Of a stretch of DNA of 35,164 nt, positions 13,250 through 25,798 are shown in pieces (position 1 is the first letter of the stretch; each line of letters begins with the position of its first letter). A program made the translations under genes and the position numbers. The stretch is from Parasitella parasitica NRRL 2501 (Eukaryota > Fungi > Mucoromycota). The stretch covers positions 3,460 to 38,623 of the forward strand of contig MU619324.1 in NCBI GenBank assembly GCA_025201805.1. Reading direction: 5' to 3'. The notes beneath the pieces were generated by a model. The model saw nothing but the letters and a program-made list of their open reading frames with translations. It was not told the origin of the DNA and did no database searches.

Positions 13250-14320
13250 GTTTCTGTCTCTCAAGATTTTAGATTTCTGTAGGGATGAGCTATTCAATAT
13301 TCAATAATTGAGTTTCTTTAGTTTAAATAAACTAAGCTGTACATTGAAATGAATAACTGTTCTTAACGCTGATTGGAATCAGTACCCTTGGATGCGATAC
13401 TTGTGTTCTCGAATGATGGAAGGGGCATTGCTACTCGATTCTGGAAAAGGGTAATATCTACAAAAAAAACTTACTTGGTTTTACGGCAGAGCGATGATTC
13501 GCTATACAGAAATATACGGTCGAACACCTGAATACGATGCCCATCACGAGAAAATTATATCAACTGAAACACAAATATCGCCCTCGTCTCTGCCTCATAT
13601 CGAAGTTAAAATAATCCAAAATGAGAACAGCTGCAAGCTTACATTAGGGTTCAATACAATAAACGCACTCATCACATCATATGTTAGTATTGATATTGTC
13701 TCAGGCCCTGTGCTTGGTCCTTCGTCTTCAAATGATTTCGAACCATCCCCAACAACATCCATCTTTATCTCAAAGCAATTCATTAACTGGTACATGTCCA
13801 CAACCTTTGACGCTGGGTGCATACAAATGTATGCATTCGATGAGTTTTTCCCAACTGCACCAAGTTTGGTAAAAGTTTCGCTTTGCAAGTACATATCTAT
13901 TATGCCGTTCCTCCTCTATATTCACAAACGATACCCTTGTAGGCACAACAAACAATACTACAGTTGCCGAAGCGAAGGAGGAAGAAGTGGTACAAACCCT
14001 ACCCTGGCTCAAGAGATGGTTCTCTTAACTTTTATCGTTTATTTTTTTATCTATCTTTTATATTTGGCTTAATATTATTACTTTAAAAAACTTTTATACT
14101 GAAAATAAAGCGTGGCTCAAAGAGCTTCGGCAACTGTAGTATTTTTTAGCCAGCCAATCAAGAAAACATTAGTGTAATGAAAAAGGATTGCATTAGAGAT
14201 GTCATTGGCCTGCAGATAAAGTGTGAGGGATCTTGAGGGATGTCGTTTTGTGTGGCCATTCTCTTCATCCTTCAGTTGAACTGGCGTCTTCTACGGTAGG
14301 AGATTTTGTTAGACATATAC
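13250..14320 (-). pseudogene. Decayed coding sequence of unknown function, interrupted by the MITE
   Basis: The minus-strand frame VQLKDEENGHTKRH...IGWLKNT/SIVCCAYKGIVCEYRGG is continuous once the MITE is removed. A protein-like ORF follows at 13894-13595 with a gtaagc donor-like site. No family recognised; boundaries approximate. Confidence 0.35.
13961..14136. mobile_element. 176-bp MITE, Tc1/mariner-like (13-bp TIR, TA target-site duplication)
   Basis: TA|CAGTTGCCGAAGC (13961-13973) ... GCTTCGGCAACTG|TA (14124-14136). AT-rich interior. CAGT termini with flanking TA are typical of Tc1/mariner. Confidence 0.75.
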
Positions 14321-15544
14321 CAAGCTGAGTTCTCTATATCCAGTTGCACAGTAGAGTAGCTAGTCAAACCTGTGCCATCTTTTCTATTATATTGGAATGG
14401 TGCAAATGTGTGCCTTTTTGCAAAGCCAGCATAGATTTTAGGCGCTTGAATTTTTTTCTTTTATCTTTTTGTTCTATGCTAACTTCAGTGTGTCATTGGC
14501 AGAAAAAGACAAAAACTGTAAGAAAACAAAGTTTAGTGATCTCAAACACAAAAACAAATAATGTAAAGTAACGCATTAGACTATAAGGCACCTTTTGAAT
14601 ACATATTTTCATAGCTTAGAGCAAGTTATTGTACTTTTTAAGTTGACGTCAGATGAAGGTAGCGACTTTTTTGACTTTTTTCGGAAGAGTATTTTTCAAA
14701 GCGTCAGATCGTCAGGCCAGGTACAGACATGCAAGTGCTACCATTGGAAAGCCAAGGAGCACACCATTTAAATAAATTAGATTTGAACTGTTTTCCTCTT
14801 GATTTGGGCAGGCTATGGCTTCTCAAAGCTAATGCTTTTTTCAAAGAAACGCCATTTATCTTTATTAGCGGAGATTAAACGCTTCCAAAACAAGGAAGGA
14901 GAAATTCTTCCAGAAACTCCATTTGTACAATTGAAAACCAAAATTACTTCTTTAAGGCAAGATATCATCTTCTGATACTATGCATACCACGGCTGTCGGT
15001 CTATGATGATAGCTGTATTTTTGGACGCTCTACACGATGGTCTTATTTTCATAATTCTCGTATGCTTATGGAAGGAATTATGTCGAGAAAACCTCAAAAC
15101 AGATCAAGAGGGAAAAGTCAATATTTTGCTTGATCAGAGCGCGTCTCCAGTCTTTCAGATCAAGGAATGGTCTTTTGCGATCATTTTCCTCTAATATATG
15201 CTATAGTAAAAAGTTGCATTTTTGAGGTCAAAATCGAGGAAAATGCATAATCGATGATTTTGGATGCGTGGATACAAGGAAAAAATCGAAAAAATCCGTC
15301 ATTTTGCATTGAAAAAAAAAATCATGCTCAAATTGCACCAAAATCATATATAATATAGTTTTTTCCCAATAGATACTATTTCTGGTGTTTTCAGGGCACT
15401 TTTGATTATGAAAATCAGTCAAAAGAAGGCACATGAAGCTAAAGCTCTTGCTTTTAAGCTGTAAAAAATTATCTATCTGGAGATGATATCACGTCAATAT
15501 TAATTCTAGTACATGACACAGCTCTATAAAGCAAGTATTTTTGA

Positions 15545-17024
15545 TGCCTTTTTCGCCCTGAAAAAAATAAGTCTGCATCATCCGCCAGGAGTGGCGAGGT
15601 AGGAAAAAGCACCTTGAAGACTGAAGCTATAGAGGACCGATATCCATTGAATGTAGATGGTGCAAGATGAGAGAATCCAGTTGGAAAATTCAAGACTTGG
15701 TGGGTTTCATATGTCTCTGGATCGCTGTTCATGCTCCAGGATTGTCGTGGTTGATTGTTGTGCGAGGCCACGAAGACGTCGATCTGTCATCCTCTCCCCC
15801 CCCCATTGCCTCTTGAGAAGGTTGTCGAAAGCTTTTGGAATGGCTGATTCGTATAGTGGTTGCTTCGCTCGGCTGAGAGTGTCTGCGTCTGAGTTCTTCA
15901 CTCCTGGTACATGGTGATAACCAATTTTCAGGTTGTTTTTGATTGCATACCTAGATCCTGGATCTGTACTGCTAAATCCTGTAATAATACTGATGCTATT
16001 CCTCCTCCTCCCCCCCCTGCCGAATTCCGTCACATACTTTAATGCTGCCATATTGTCTGTGTGAAGATTGATATCCTTGATTTCTGAATTTCTTACGTGG
16101 AGTAGTAATGCATTATAAATCGCCATCAATTCCCTCACTTTGATCGAATATGCCTTTTCTTTTTCTGTCCAAAATCCTGCTTTGCTGACAATTTTGCTGT
16201 GTACTCCCCAACCTGTATAAGCAGCGTCTAAATGAACTGTAAATGCGTCGCAGGCTAAGAGGAGTTGAAGAAATGGTAAGCTGTTCTTCCGAAGCAAGTT
16301 GTGTCTTCACCATTGAACTTCTGTGTCCTGGAGTTTTGCTGCTCCAGACCCGAAGACTGCGAGATTTTGCAGTGATTCCGCCTCGTTGATGATGGTGGCT
16401 TTATCCCTTGGTTGGAGCCCTCGAATACATATGAAATCAAGCTTTTGATAAATGTGGGTGGCAGCTTTTGCTTGGATCCTCGTCGTCTCCGTGATGCGAT
16501 GGATAGTGGAGGTGAGATGCAAAGTACCCACTTTGGATTGCTTGAGGTCTGGTATGAATTTTGGGTTAATGGTCTCTGCTGCAACCTATTCTTCATTGTG
16601 GGATTTGGGCACTTCTTTTTTGAATTTCGGAGTGCCTTTGGTGATTCGATCGGGGACAGGTAAATAATCCAGTTCCTCATAGACGGCTTCTGGGAGAGAA
16701 TGTTCTTGCTCTCTGTCCTCTGCCTCCTTGCTGCTGCGATTCACAAACTCGTCTCGAGACGATTTCAATGATCTCTGCCACTTTGTCTTGGCTGAATGCT
16801 CGAGGTTGTTGAAATTCGCTTTGATCATTCATAATATTTTCCACGAATGCGCGGCTTGGAAAGATCTGAGGAAATAGGGATGATTTTAATTTTAAAAAAA
16901 AAACTTTCATACTGAAGTGAAGGCAACAAGGATAGTGTTCGGCATGACAAACAATCACTGCATGGCATCAAATCCAAATATAAATGAAAGCCATTTCTTG
17001 TGTTCGCCTTACTGGGCTTAGGCA
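15545..17024 (-). mobile_element. Degenerate, internally deleted DIRS-type (tyrosine-recombinase) retrotransposon
   Basis: Minus-strand order: gag-like (ATG about 16832, broken); DIRS1 RNase H (HLDAAYTGWG...FWTEKEK..IKVRELMAI...HTDNMAALKYV...HVPGVKNSDADTLSR); start of MT-like domain (WG..IDVFVASHN); N-terminal part of YR (LAPSTFNGYRSSIASVFKVL...FFS). RT and YR catalytic core are absent. Ends approximate. Confidence 0.85.
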
Positions 17025-17236
17025 AAAAAAAAAAAAAAAAAAAAGAACGTTGAAAAAAACAAAAAGGAAATTTTGGGCAGGTTTGTGCAACGTATTTTTG
17101 GTGGGATCATGGATAATGTGGATGACTATTTATAGAACCAAATGATATATAAAGCCATTAGAAAAGTTAACGTTTGGAAATCAAAACCCTTTCTTTTCAC
17201 TGTCGCTAATTTATTTATTTACAACACATAAAAAAA

Positions 17237-18647
17237 ATGAGCGCTGATTTGCAAACATTCATGGCTCGTAGAGGAGCAAAAGCGATGGGGCTAATGCTGC
17301 TTCTGTCCTGTTTGGCACTGTTGACAAGATATTACACATATGAACCCAATTCATCTCACTTTAGAAGGGCATTGTTCTATAGAAACGATTCTTCCATACA
17401 ACAAGGCCAGTTTAATAGTCATTTCAGTTGGACCGATGGCAATGGTAAGCTTTTTATACAGTGTTAGTGACATGTAAGGGCGCACATGTTTTGCTCACTG
17501 TCATCATGATTTTTACAAGGCGGACTGCATCAGTTGCCCATAGAAACAGTGCTATCAAAGTCTTTTTCGTTATCTTCCTACTCTGAACAATCTCAAATCA
17601 TCCCTTACTACTACAAATCTACTATGAATATGACGGGTGAAGATATCACAATCGTTACACTGGTCACAAGAAACAGAATTCCCAATCTAGCAAGACTTGC
17701 CACACAATATCAAGGTACTTTTATAGATAAAAACCATTGTCCATATCGATAAATGTACTGAAAGCATGAATTTAATGTATACAGGACCCATCTCCACCAC
17801 CATCCATATCTCAGGCGACCAGGAAGGTGAATATACCCTCGAATTGCTGCAAAATGCTATGGACGAGAACCCCAACATGCGCAAGTATGTTGATGTCCAT
17901 GTAGTCCGCGATGAATTTGACCGAGAATTAAACCTCTGGAGAAACGTGGCCAAGCTATTCGCGAGAACTGAATACGTGATGCAGCTCGATATCGACTTCT
18001 TTCCATGCACTGATATCCGCAGATCCGTACTGAATAACCCAAAGGCCATGTCTTTATTGCGCACTGGCGAAGCTGCACTGGTGATACCTGCATTTGAGTA
18101 CTCGCAGCAAAAAGAAGGCTTGGATTATCGCCAGTTTCCTTCCAACAAGCCCGATCTCGTTAGACAATACAACGACAAGAAGCTTGAAATGTTTCATTCC
18201 TTTTGGCTGCCTGGTCATGCTCCCACTGATTATGAACGTTGGACATCAAATGAAAAAGAGCTTTATCAAGTGACGACTTATCAACACTCGTACGAGCCCT
18301 ATGTCATATTCAAAAACCAGGGATCTCCATGGTGTGATGAGAGATTTGCTGGCTATGGAAGCAATAAGGCTGCTTGCCTGTATGAATTGTACATTTCTGG
18401 CGTTGACTACTACGTATTGCCTGACGATTTTATTGTTCATCAAACACATGCCTATCCTGACGAGGCCAGACAAGTCGAGAGATACTACAATCGTCGACTG
18501 TACACTCAATTTAGAGAAGAGATCTGTATCAGATTAGCCCGTCGATTCATCACTCAAAAGAAATGGGATCATCCCAAGTCTGAGAACCTGAGACAGGAAT
18601 GTGCCTCAATCAAGCCTTTCCAACGAGCCATCGGAAGATTCCTGTAA
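17237..18647 (+). CDS. GT49 family (LARGE/B4GAT1-like) type II membrane glycosyltransferase, 3 exons
   Basis: N-terminal TM; DITIVTLVTRNR...YQGPISTTIH; LNLWRNVAKLFARTEYVMQLDIDF (DxD); ALVIPAFE; YEPYVI; PWCDERFAGYGSNKAACLYELY; VLPDDFIVHQTH. Confidence 0.9.
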
Positions 18648-19207
18648 GCAAAGCGATTGCTCACTCTTATATATAGCATAAAATATACATTATACACTCA
18701 CTCACTCACTCACATATCACATTGTCGTCTCTCCTCATAACCAACATCCAAAGCCACACATGTTTGGTTAGTTTTGTACAGTTCCTTTATTTATAATTCA
18801 AATAAACAAACATCCTAAAAACTCTAATCAATATTTTTTTCACTATGTTTATATTCGAAATGCACTGCCATCAAAGCCCGTTTTTGTTAGTTTTAACAGT
18901 TTGGGTTATTTTCGGAGATTTCTGTTATTGTTCAATTGTGCAACCAGAGGAGGATGGACTAATAAAATGCTCATCATCAATCAGCCTGCAGTTACTCCAT
19001 GCTGAACATAATTTGCTGTTTTCATCATATATACAGTCAAATTCAAAATCATGAATTCCGTGTTGTTATTGTTGTCAAATGATGAGCATCAAGATGTGAA
19101 GTTTATATTTGATACATGGAAAAAAAAAAGCTTATATGGTGTGGAATAAACAAAGCTAGTTCGAACCTTAATAGAGTATAAATTAGACAGCCAGTTTCTA
19201 ATGTGGC

Positions 19208-20445
19208 ATGTTATATCTTGAGCATCAACACCACGCAGCAATGTTATATAACGCTTATTCCCATAAACTTTCAAAGTCAAGAAAAGACACGCTTTCCTAC
19301 CTCAATGTCATGGTGGTCGGCTCTGTCGGGTCAGGCAAAACTGCCTTTGTGCGAACTTTTTGTGAAACTTTAAAGCATGATGTGATTCAAGGTACACTTA
19401 AAGAATCTAAGCCCATGGTATTGAAAGATCCCTTGAGGTCTACGGATGAACTGTACACTGTATCTATGCACATCGAGGAAAACGGTCAACGCACAGCACT
19501 CACCATCATTGACACTCCTGGATTTACATCTGGACACGCAATAGACCACCAGCTACGGTACATTGCAAAGTACATTGACTACCAATTTGAAAGAACTCTA
19601 GCTGAAGTATGTAATATCTAGAATCGAGCTCTCCCTTTACTAATTCGCTGCTTTCTATAAAGGAATCCAAGGTCAAGAGAGACGCCAAAGCACTAGATAC
19701 GCATATCCACTCTTGTCTCTACTTTATCGACATCAAAAACATGCCTGCAATGAGCGAGGCTGATAAATATATCCTTAAAATGCTTAGTTCCCGTGTCAAT
19801 ATTATTCCAGTTATAGGCAAGTCAGACACTTTGACAGTGGCTCAACGAGAGCAAATCAAATCAGTATTTAGAAGAGAGATCTTTGATATACTTAGAATTC
19901 CAATTTACGGCTGCATCGATGTTGAAGAAGAGTATACGACCACTTCTGCAGTAGACAAGCAGCTACCACAGCATTTGAATAGAATGCTTAGCATGTTGCA
20001 AGAATGCGTGGAAGAAGACAAAGATGAAGATGCAGACGCTCTGATTGATTATTTGCACAGTATGCCGTTCACTCTTGTTGGATACGAAGAGGATCCTGAG
20101 ACTGGTCGTCCACTCAATCTCGCCAATACAGTTACAAATCGCTTTATTGAGTCGGCAGAAGACGAGGAAATGGCATCACCAGTAACACCCAAAAAAACAG
20201 CAGGCCGCTTAAACAACAAGAACGTCTTGGGAAGACGTTATCCTTGGGCTGTTGTTGAATGCTGTAATCCAACCCATTGCGATTTCTCGCAGCTGAAAAA
20301 CACCCTTCTCTCATCACATAGGGACATGCTAAGAATCGACACTTTCGAGCGATTTTACGAGCAATATCGCACAGAGCAGCTGATGAATCGTAAGGTCAAG
20401 AGAATGATTAGACTAGACTCTAAACAGGGTGTACCATTGATTTAA
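19208..20445 (+). CDS. Divergent septin GTPase (2 exons; intron 19607-19662)
   Basis: LNVMVVGSVGSGKT (G1), IIDTPGF (G3), DTHIHSCLYFID, VNIIPVIGKSD (G4), septin unique element GRRYPWAVVECCNPTHCDF, FYEQYRTEQL. The start could be 19208 or 19241. Confidence 0.92.
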
Positions 20446-20515
20446 AACGTATAATAAAAACGCTTCTCTTTTTTTATTTTATTTTTTGTATTATTGTTAT
20501 TATTATTATTATTTT

Positions 20516-21207
20516 TTAATGTCGAAATCCTCTCAGTGATTCTGTTGCTTTTAAGCTTAGGCTGCTCGCTGTTACTCCTCCAGTCTTTTTTGCTTTATTC
20601 ATTTCGTTTATCGCTGCCACTATTTCACCCATATTTGTTTCCAGTACTAGTCCACCTTGGATAATCTCGGATAAAACAGCATGAACTTCGTCAAAGTGAA
20701 AAATCTACATTGTCGCATTTCAGTGCGATGACATGGCATGTTTCCCATCTGTCAACTTACAAGATCTAATTCACAGACATTTTCAAAGCATCTATCCAGA
20801 CTCTCAACAAAGACCTGAGATAGATTTGTTTTAGCAACAACACCTACCACCATGATAAAAGATTATGTATATACGCCGCCTACCTGAATAAGATCCAGTA
20901 TACCGAGTTCACTTTCACTCTCATCAACGACGAATACAAAATAAAGAGTGGCGTAATGTCTATAGATGACACGCGTATCTTTGCCACCGAGCAGTTTACT
21001 GCCTTCCAAGAAATTACATGCTGTGTCAGGTCGTTTCGAAACGAGGGAAAATATCTCTTGCACCAGCGCTTGTTGTGTCGCAATGTCCTGCAATCAAGTG
21101 AGTCGACTAAAGTTTGGGATTCCCGATGGCTCACTTACTATTTGCTGGTAAAACTTGATTAATCGAGGCTTTCCATGGTTGTTGAAAATAAGCACAGACT
21201 TGATCAT
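20516..21207 (-). CDS. APS3: AP-3 adaptor complex sigma subunit, 4 exons
   Basis: MIKSVLIFNNHGKPRLIKFY; VIYRHYATLYFVFVVDESESELGILDLIQ; VFVESLDRCFENVCELDL; IFHFDEVHAVLSEIIQGGLVLETN; TAA 20518-20516. Confidence 0.95.
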
Positions 21208-21389
21208 CTTTATCGTGTGTGTGTGTCTATTGAGAAAGAGAAGCAGCCATTTTTAGTTGAGAGCCCGTTCTTTGTGCAAGATGACAACTCAGCCATGTTT
21301 GTTACCACCTATTTATTCGCCCACATCAGGCACCATCTATTTACACACACTTCTTCCTTTTTATTAATAGTTTTTCTTCCAAATAAAGG
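21208..21389. promoter_or_regulatory. Probable bidirectional promoter between APS3 and the Munc13-like gene
   Basis: Only 182 bp separate the two divergent start codons. Confidence 0.5.
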
Positions 21390-24300
21390 ATGCAATCAAA
21401 AGCTTCTACACTGAGACGTGGCGTAGGCAACTCAAAAAGAACTGTCCGAACATTGAATCCAGCTTTGGTGTATGACTACACACTTCGGTGTGCTATCCAC
21501 GCCTGTCTTGAAGAAAACAGCAAGCAAAAGCTACAGCCCACGAAAGACCAAAAGACCAGCAACCGACATTCTGTTCATCTCAGCAGCGTAGGTGATGTCT
21601 TTGGTAACATAGCAGACAAGTTTGGAAGTGAGGAGCCCAACAAAAACAAGCTGACCAAGCCAGTCGTAAATGGTTTATTGCGTCGTTTGGGAGATATCAA
21701 AGATGGCAAAGACCGCAGTAAACCAGAGTATCTGGATGCCCGCTTTATATCCATCGTAAAGCACGTAAGAGATGGCCTGAAGCAGCACCGTATTCGTCCT
21801 CAGGGCTCTATCAATGACTTGCTGGTTACCTTTCTTCAAACAAGCGAAAATGAACTTAAAAAGTCTGATCCCAACCCAGCAGTGTGGTATAAAGACTGGG
21901 ATCGTTTTGTTGTGCTGTTTGCAGAAATATTGCTAATCACATTAAAAGAAGATGCCCCGGAATCAGCGTCTCAGGATTTGATTGATACCTTGCGAAAGTC
22001 GATTTTACCTCCTAAATCAAAGCAGCAGCAACAACAGGAGCAAAGAAACAGCAACCCTGTCAACGGCAGCACTGATATTTCGGACATAATCGAGAATTTC
22101 CCAATGGTCAAGACAGTCCAAAACCTGTTTCAGATCAAGGACGGGATCCACAGACAAAAAATTCGTGATTTGAAGGCTATCTGCACTGAATCTGTAAGTA
22201 CACTGCAAAGCGAGAAAGACCCAGCTAATCCAATACAATGTCAATAGAATTTCTTTCTAGATCTGAAGCAATGCATAAATGCTTTAAACACTAACCAGCC
22301 ATTTCCCGGCAGAAGAGAGGATTTTGCTACTACAGAGGCTCATGAAACCTGGTTGACCAGAGAGAAGAAATACCTGCAAGGTTTAATGACCATAATGGTA
22401 ACAAGCCCAACCTTCTCGCTCAATATCAGTAATGAGCAAGACGTCGGATCAGCGAATTTGTTATCTGGCGGAGGAGGTGGCGGAATGGGAAGTAGTTTTG
22501 GTTCTGGTAATGTCAGTAGAAGGACCAGCGATTCCAAGAGGAGTTCGCTGTACGGAAATTCAGCATTCACAGACGATGTACGTACATGAGCAGAAATCAA
22601 TGTGCATGTAAAGCCATTAATATTTCGTTTTGTTTTATAGAATCCTTATACATATATCCCCAACGATCCGCGTTCTTATTTTCGTTTGCTGATGAATATG
22701 TGCATGGACCTAGACACAGACGTCGCTCCCGATACCGAACGTGCCAAGTCAAGCGTCCTATCTCAAGCTTCCGAAGATCTATTGCGAGAATGCTGGAAGA
22801 CATGGCGTCTGTCTCCGCCTTTCAGAGCTGTCCTCTATTTAGAATTAATCAAGAACCGTCTAGACACTAAAGAGTCGCAGGATGAAGTAGATATCGAAGA
22901 GGCAAGTGATGCAATGCGGGCACTTGAAAAATGTTTAAAGGAAAACGATATGCGAAATTGGACAATCAACGATGTAAGCAACATGAAAACCATATGGACG
23001 AAAATGCGCTTACTCTTTTCGTTGATCTACATGATAGCGTGAAAATTTAATCCGAGTATTTGAAGGCTTGAATGAGACATATCTCCATTCTCTTGCTGAT
23101 TCATTGGGCCAATATTGGAGAATCAAGTAACCAATTTATTTTACAGCGAACCGCTCTATGGACTATGGACATTAACCTTTCATTTTGTAGTCCCAACTAC
23201 GTGAAAGCTCAAATCGCTCTACTCGATAGCATTTATGAGAACCCGGCTTATTTGGAAGATCATCCCGACCCAATCCGCCAATTTAGTTTATTGGAGGAAA
23301 CTATCGCAGTAAGTCGATGCTTGTTTGAGTAGCGTTGAAATTCTCTAATATTGCTTTGAAATAGGGAGCTGCCGTGTCGCGCTGGAGAGTTTTAGAGAAA
23401 TCGGTGTTGGATCCTCAAAATGACGATATGACCAATTTAATGAACATGGCTGACAAGCTTATTAAAGAACTTGTCAGCGTTGCCAAAAAATTTAAACAAC
23501 CTCTCAAAAAGTAAGCGTGCAAACCATCCTTAGAGTCTGTCTGACTTTAACATGTTTTTATGGCAGTACGTTACATTTGCCTGGCATTGTAATGGCGAGA
23601 CAAATGCCTTTCTTTGTATTAGAGATGGACAACTGGGCATTTCTGCCTGAAGCGAGAAATGCACCTATCGACCTCACTTTCCAATTGTATGACAAAGTGC
23701 TCACATTAAAGAGATTATACGATCAGTATGGCCCCAGACAGAAATCAGTCTTATTCAAGGTAGAGTCCTGGTTTTCCCTACATGTTCGTCGTTGGTTAAA
23801 GACGACAGCCGGCGAGACACCTGAATGGGTCCGAAATGCCATTAAACAAGATGAGGTAATTCATGATGAGCTGGCTATTCCTGTGCAGCTACTGACAGCC
23901 ACATCCTAGTTCAACTCTATCAATGAAGCGACGCTGCATTCATCTTCTATTGTCGATCTTTTTACCATGTTTCACCAAGCAGTTGACTTTATACAAAAAT
24001 TGGAATGGCCAAATAGTCTACAAGAATGTCGCTTCAATACTGCTCTTTCTAAAGTAATCGGCGTTGCACTAGAGCAATATACTACACAGTTGGAAGAAAA
24101 GATCACCATGGACATTTATCCTCGTGCTTATAGAGAAGATGACGCTAATGCCAGCGCCACCCTTTTTGACAGAGCTCGTTATCAGCTAATCGGCAATCGT
24201 CAACACGGTAAAGGCAGCGAGGCACCTTACGACTTTATGGCGCAAACTTGTGTCAAAATCAACAACATTGAAGCTGCCCGTGCTAAATTAGACAGATTAT

Positions 24301-25798
24301 ACCAGAACATGGACGTAGATGAAATTGCACGCGAAATGAAAGAATATGAAGCACAATTACCCCCCGTTGAAAAGAAGCAAGAAAAGCCTACAAACTACCT
24401 CTACTCTATCAAGATTGTGAGGGCAGAGAATTTGCCTCCTTCTGATAATAACGGATTGAGTGATCCCTATGTTGTTCTGGAAATCGACTCAAAGCCTATT
24501 GCTAGAACTAAAGCAGTATATGAGACTCTGAATCCTCGATGGGATGAAGTATTTGACATTTGGCTTACTGATGAGACCATGGATGTATTAGCTCTTGTTT
24601 ATGACGAAGACGTTATTGGCGCAGATGAAGAATGTGGTGGTGTTTGGTTTAAATTGGGCCCTTCCTATTACGGTGATTTCCAAACACATGAAGTTGTCCT
24701 GAACTTTATTCCTCAGGGAAAACTTATTCTGCGTATTAGTATGGAAGGTGAAAAAGATGATATTCAGTTCTGGTTTGGTAAGGCTTTCCGCGTATTGAAG
24801 AGAGCAGAAAATGACGCAGCAGGTCATATTGTTGATAAGGTATTTTTTTTTTTCAACTGATTCAAGACAAACTTATATTGACAGGTTTTCATATATATAG
24901 ATGAGCAGCTACTTTCGCCAGGTCTTGCGTCGAGAGACTTTGGATAAATTACTGGGGCGTGATCGCAGCTTCTTCTCGTCCTTTTCTAGATCGAACAAGC
25001 ATGTCGAGCCTACACTACAGGATTGTGAAGATTCTCTGGCGCCGTTGTTGGATTATTTGGAGAAGAATTTGAAAATTTTGAATGACAATTTGTCTGAAAC
25101 AAACATGCAGCTGGTTGTATTAAGAATCTGGAGAGAAATTCTTATTTCATTAGAAGGCGTTTTGTTGCCACCACTTTCAGAGCAGCTATCTGAATTGAAG
25201 CCTTTGGATGATTATGAATTCCATATTGTATTCAAATGGCTAGAGGTAGGTTGCAAATGAATAACTTTATCAAGAAGAATTTCTCAACCACATTTGCTGG
25301 TAGCTGCTCAAAGTATTATTCAATGGCGGTGAAGATGGCGATGCGGTTCCGCTGGACAAGCTGGAAAACTCCCAGTACTATGCTCTTTTAGCCATCAATG
25401 CAGCCTATAATCTGGAAACTGAAAAGTTAATCGAAGGATACAACACAACTGTCAAAAATCAGCTAGAGCTCAAGTTACGAGGTGGAAGAAAAGCTGACAG
25501 AAGTAAATCTGTATACCATTCTAAAAACACTGTCAAGAAGAGAAAATCGGCACGAAAATCTGCTTCTATTGAACTCCCCAACAGTGACACTATTCTTCGT
25601 ATTCTTCGTATGCGATCTGGCAAAAAAGTTCGGGATTTCCTTCACAGTGAATTTGAAAAGCGGAATTACCCTGCCGCCCATGTTAATGATACTGCTGCAG
25701 CAGCTGTATCCAATGGAACAGAAATACCCGCTGTTCCAAGTATCCCAACAAATGATTTAACTCCCATTACTGAACACACATCTTTACCGTTGCGATAA
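21390..25798 (+). CDS. Munc13-homology (MHD1-C2-MHD2) protein, YOR296W/Git1-like, about 10 exons
   Basis: PYTYIPNDPRSYFRLL; LLRECWKTWRLS..FRAVLYL; HSSSIVDLF; CVKINNIEAAR; C2 domain IKIVRAENLPPSDNNGLSDPYVVL...YETLNPRWDE...VYDED; SMEGEKDDIQFWFGKAFR; IEGVLLPPLS-like motif (LEGVLLPPLS); TILRILRMR; stop 25798. Confidence 0.9.

Noticed and set aside
13494-14072. 192-aa plus-strand ORF as a real gene
   Set aside because: It runs into the MITE, has no recognisable motif and is antisense to a more protein-like decayed frame.
23856-23909. C/D box snoRNA in a Munc13-like intron (ATGATGA...CTGA)
   Set aside because: Boxes are only about 33 nt end to end, and the CTGA is part of the branch point (tactgac).
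3632-25798. U12-type (minor) introns
   Set aside because: The donors I inspected are ordinary GT sites without the RTATCCTT consensus, and no AT-AC introns were seen.
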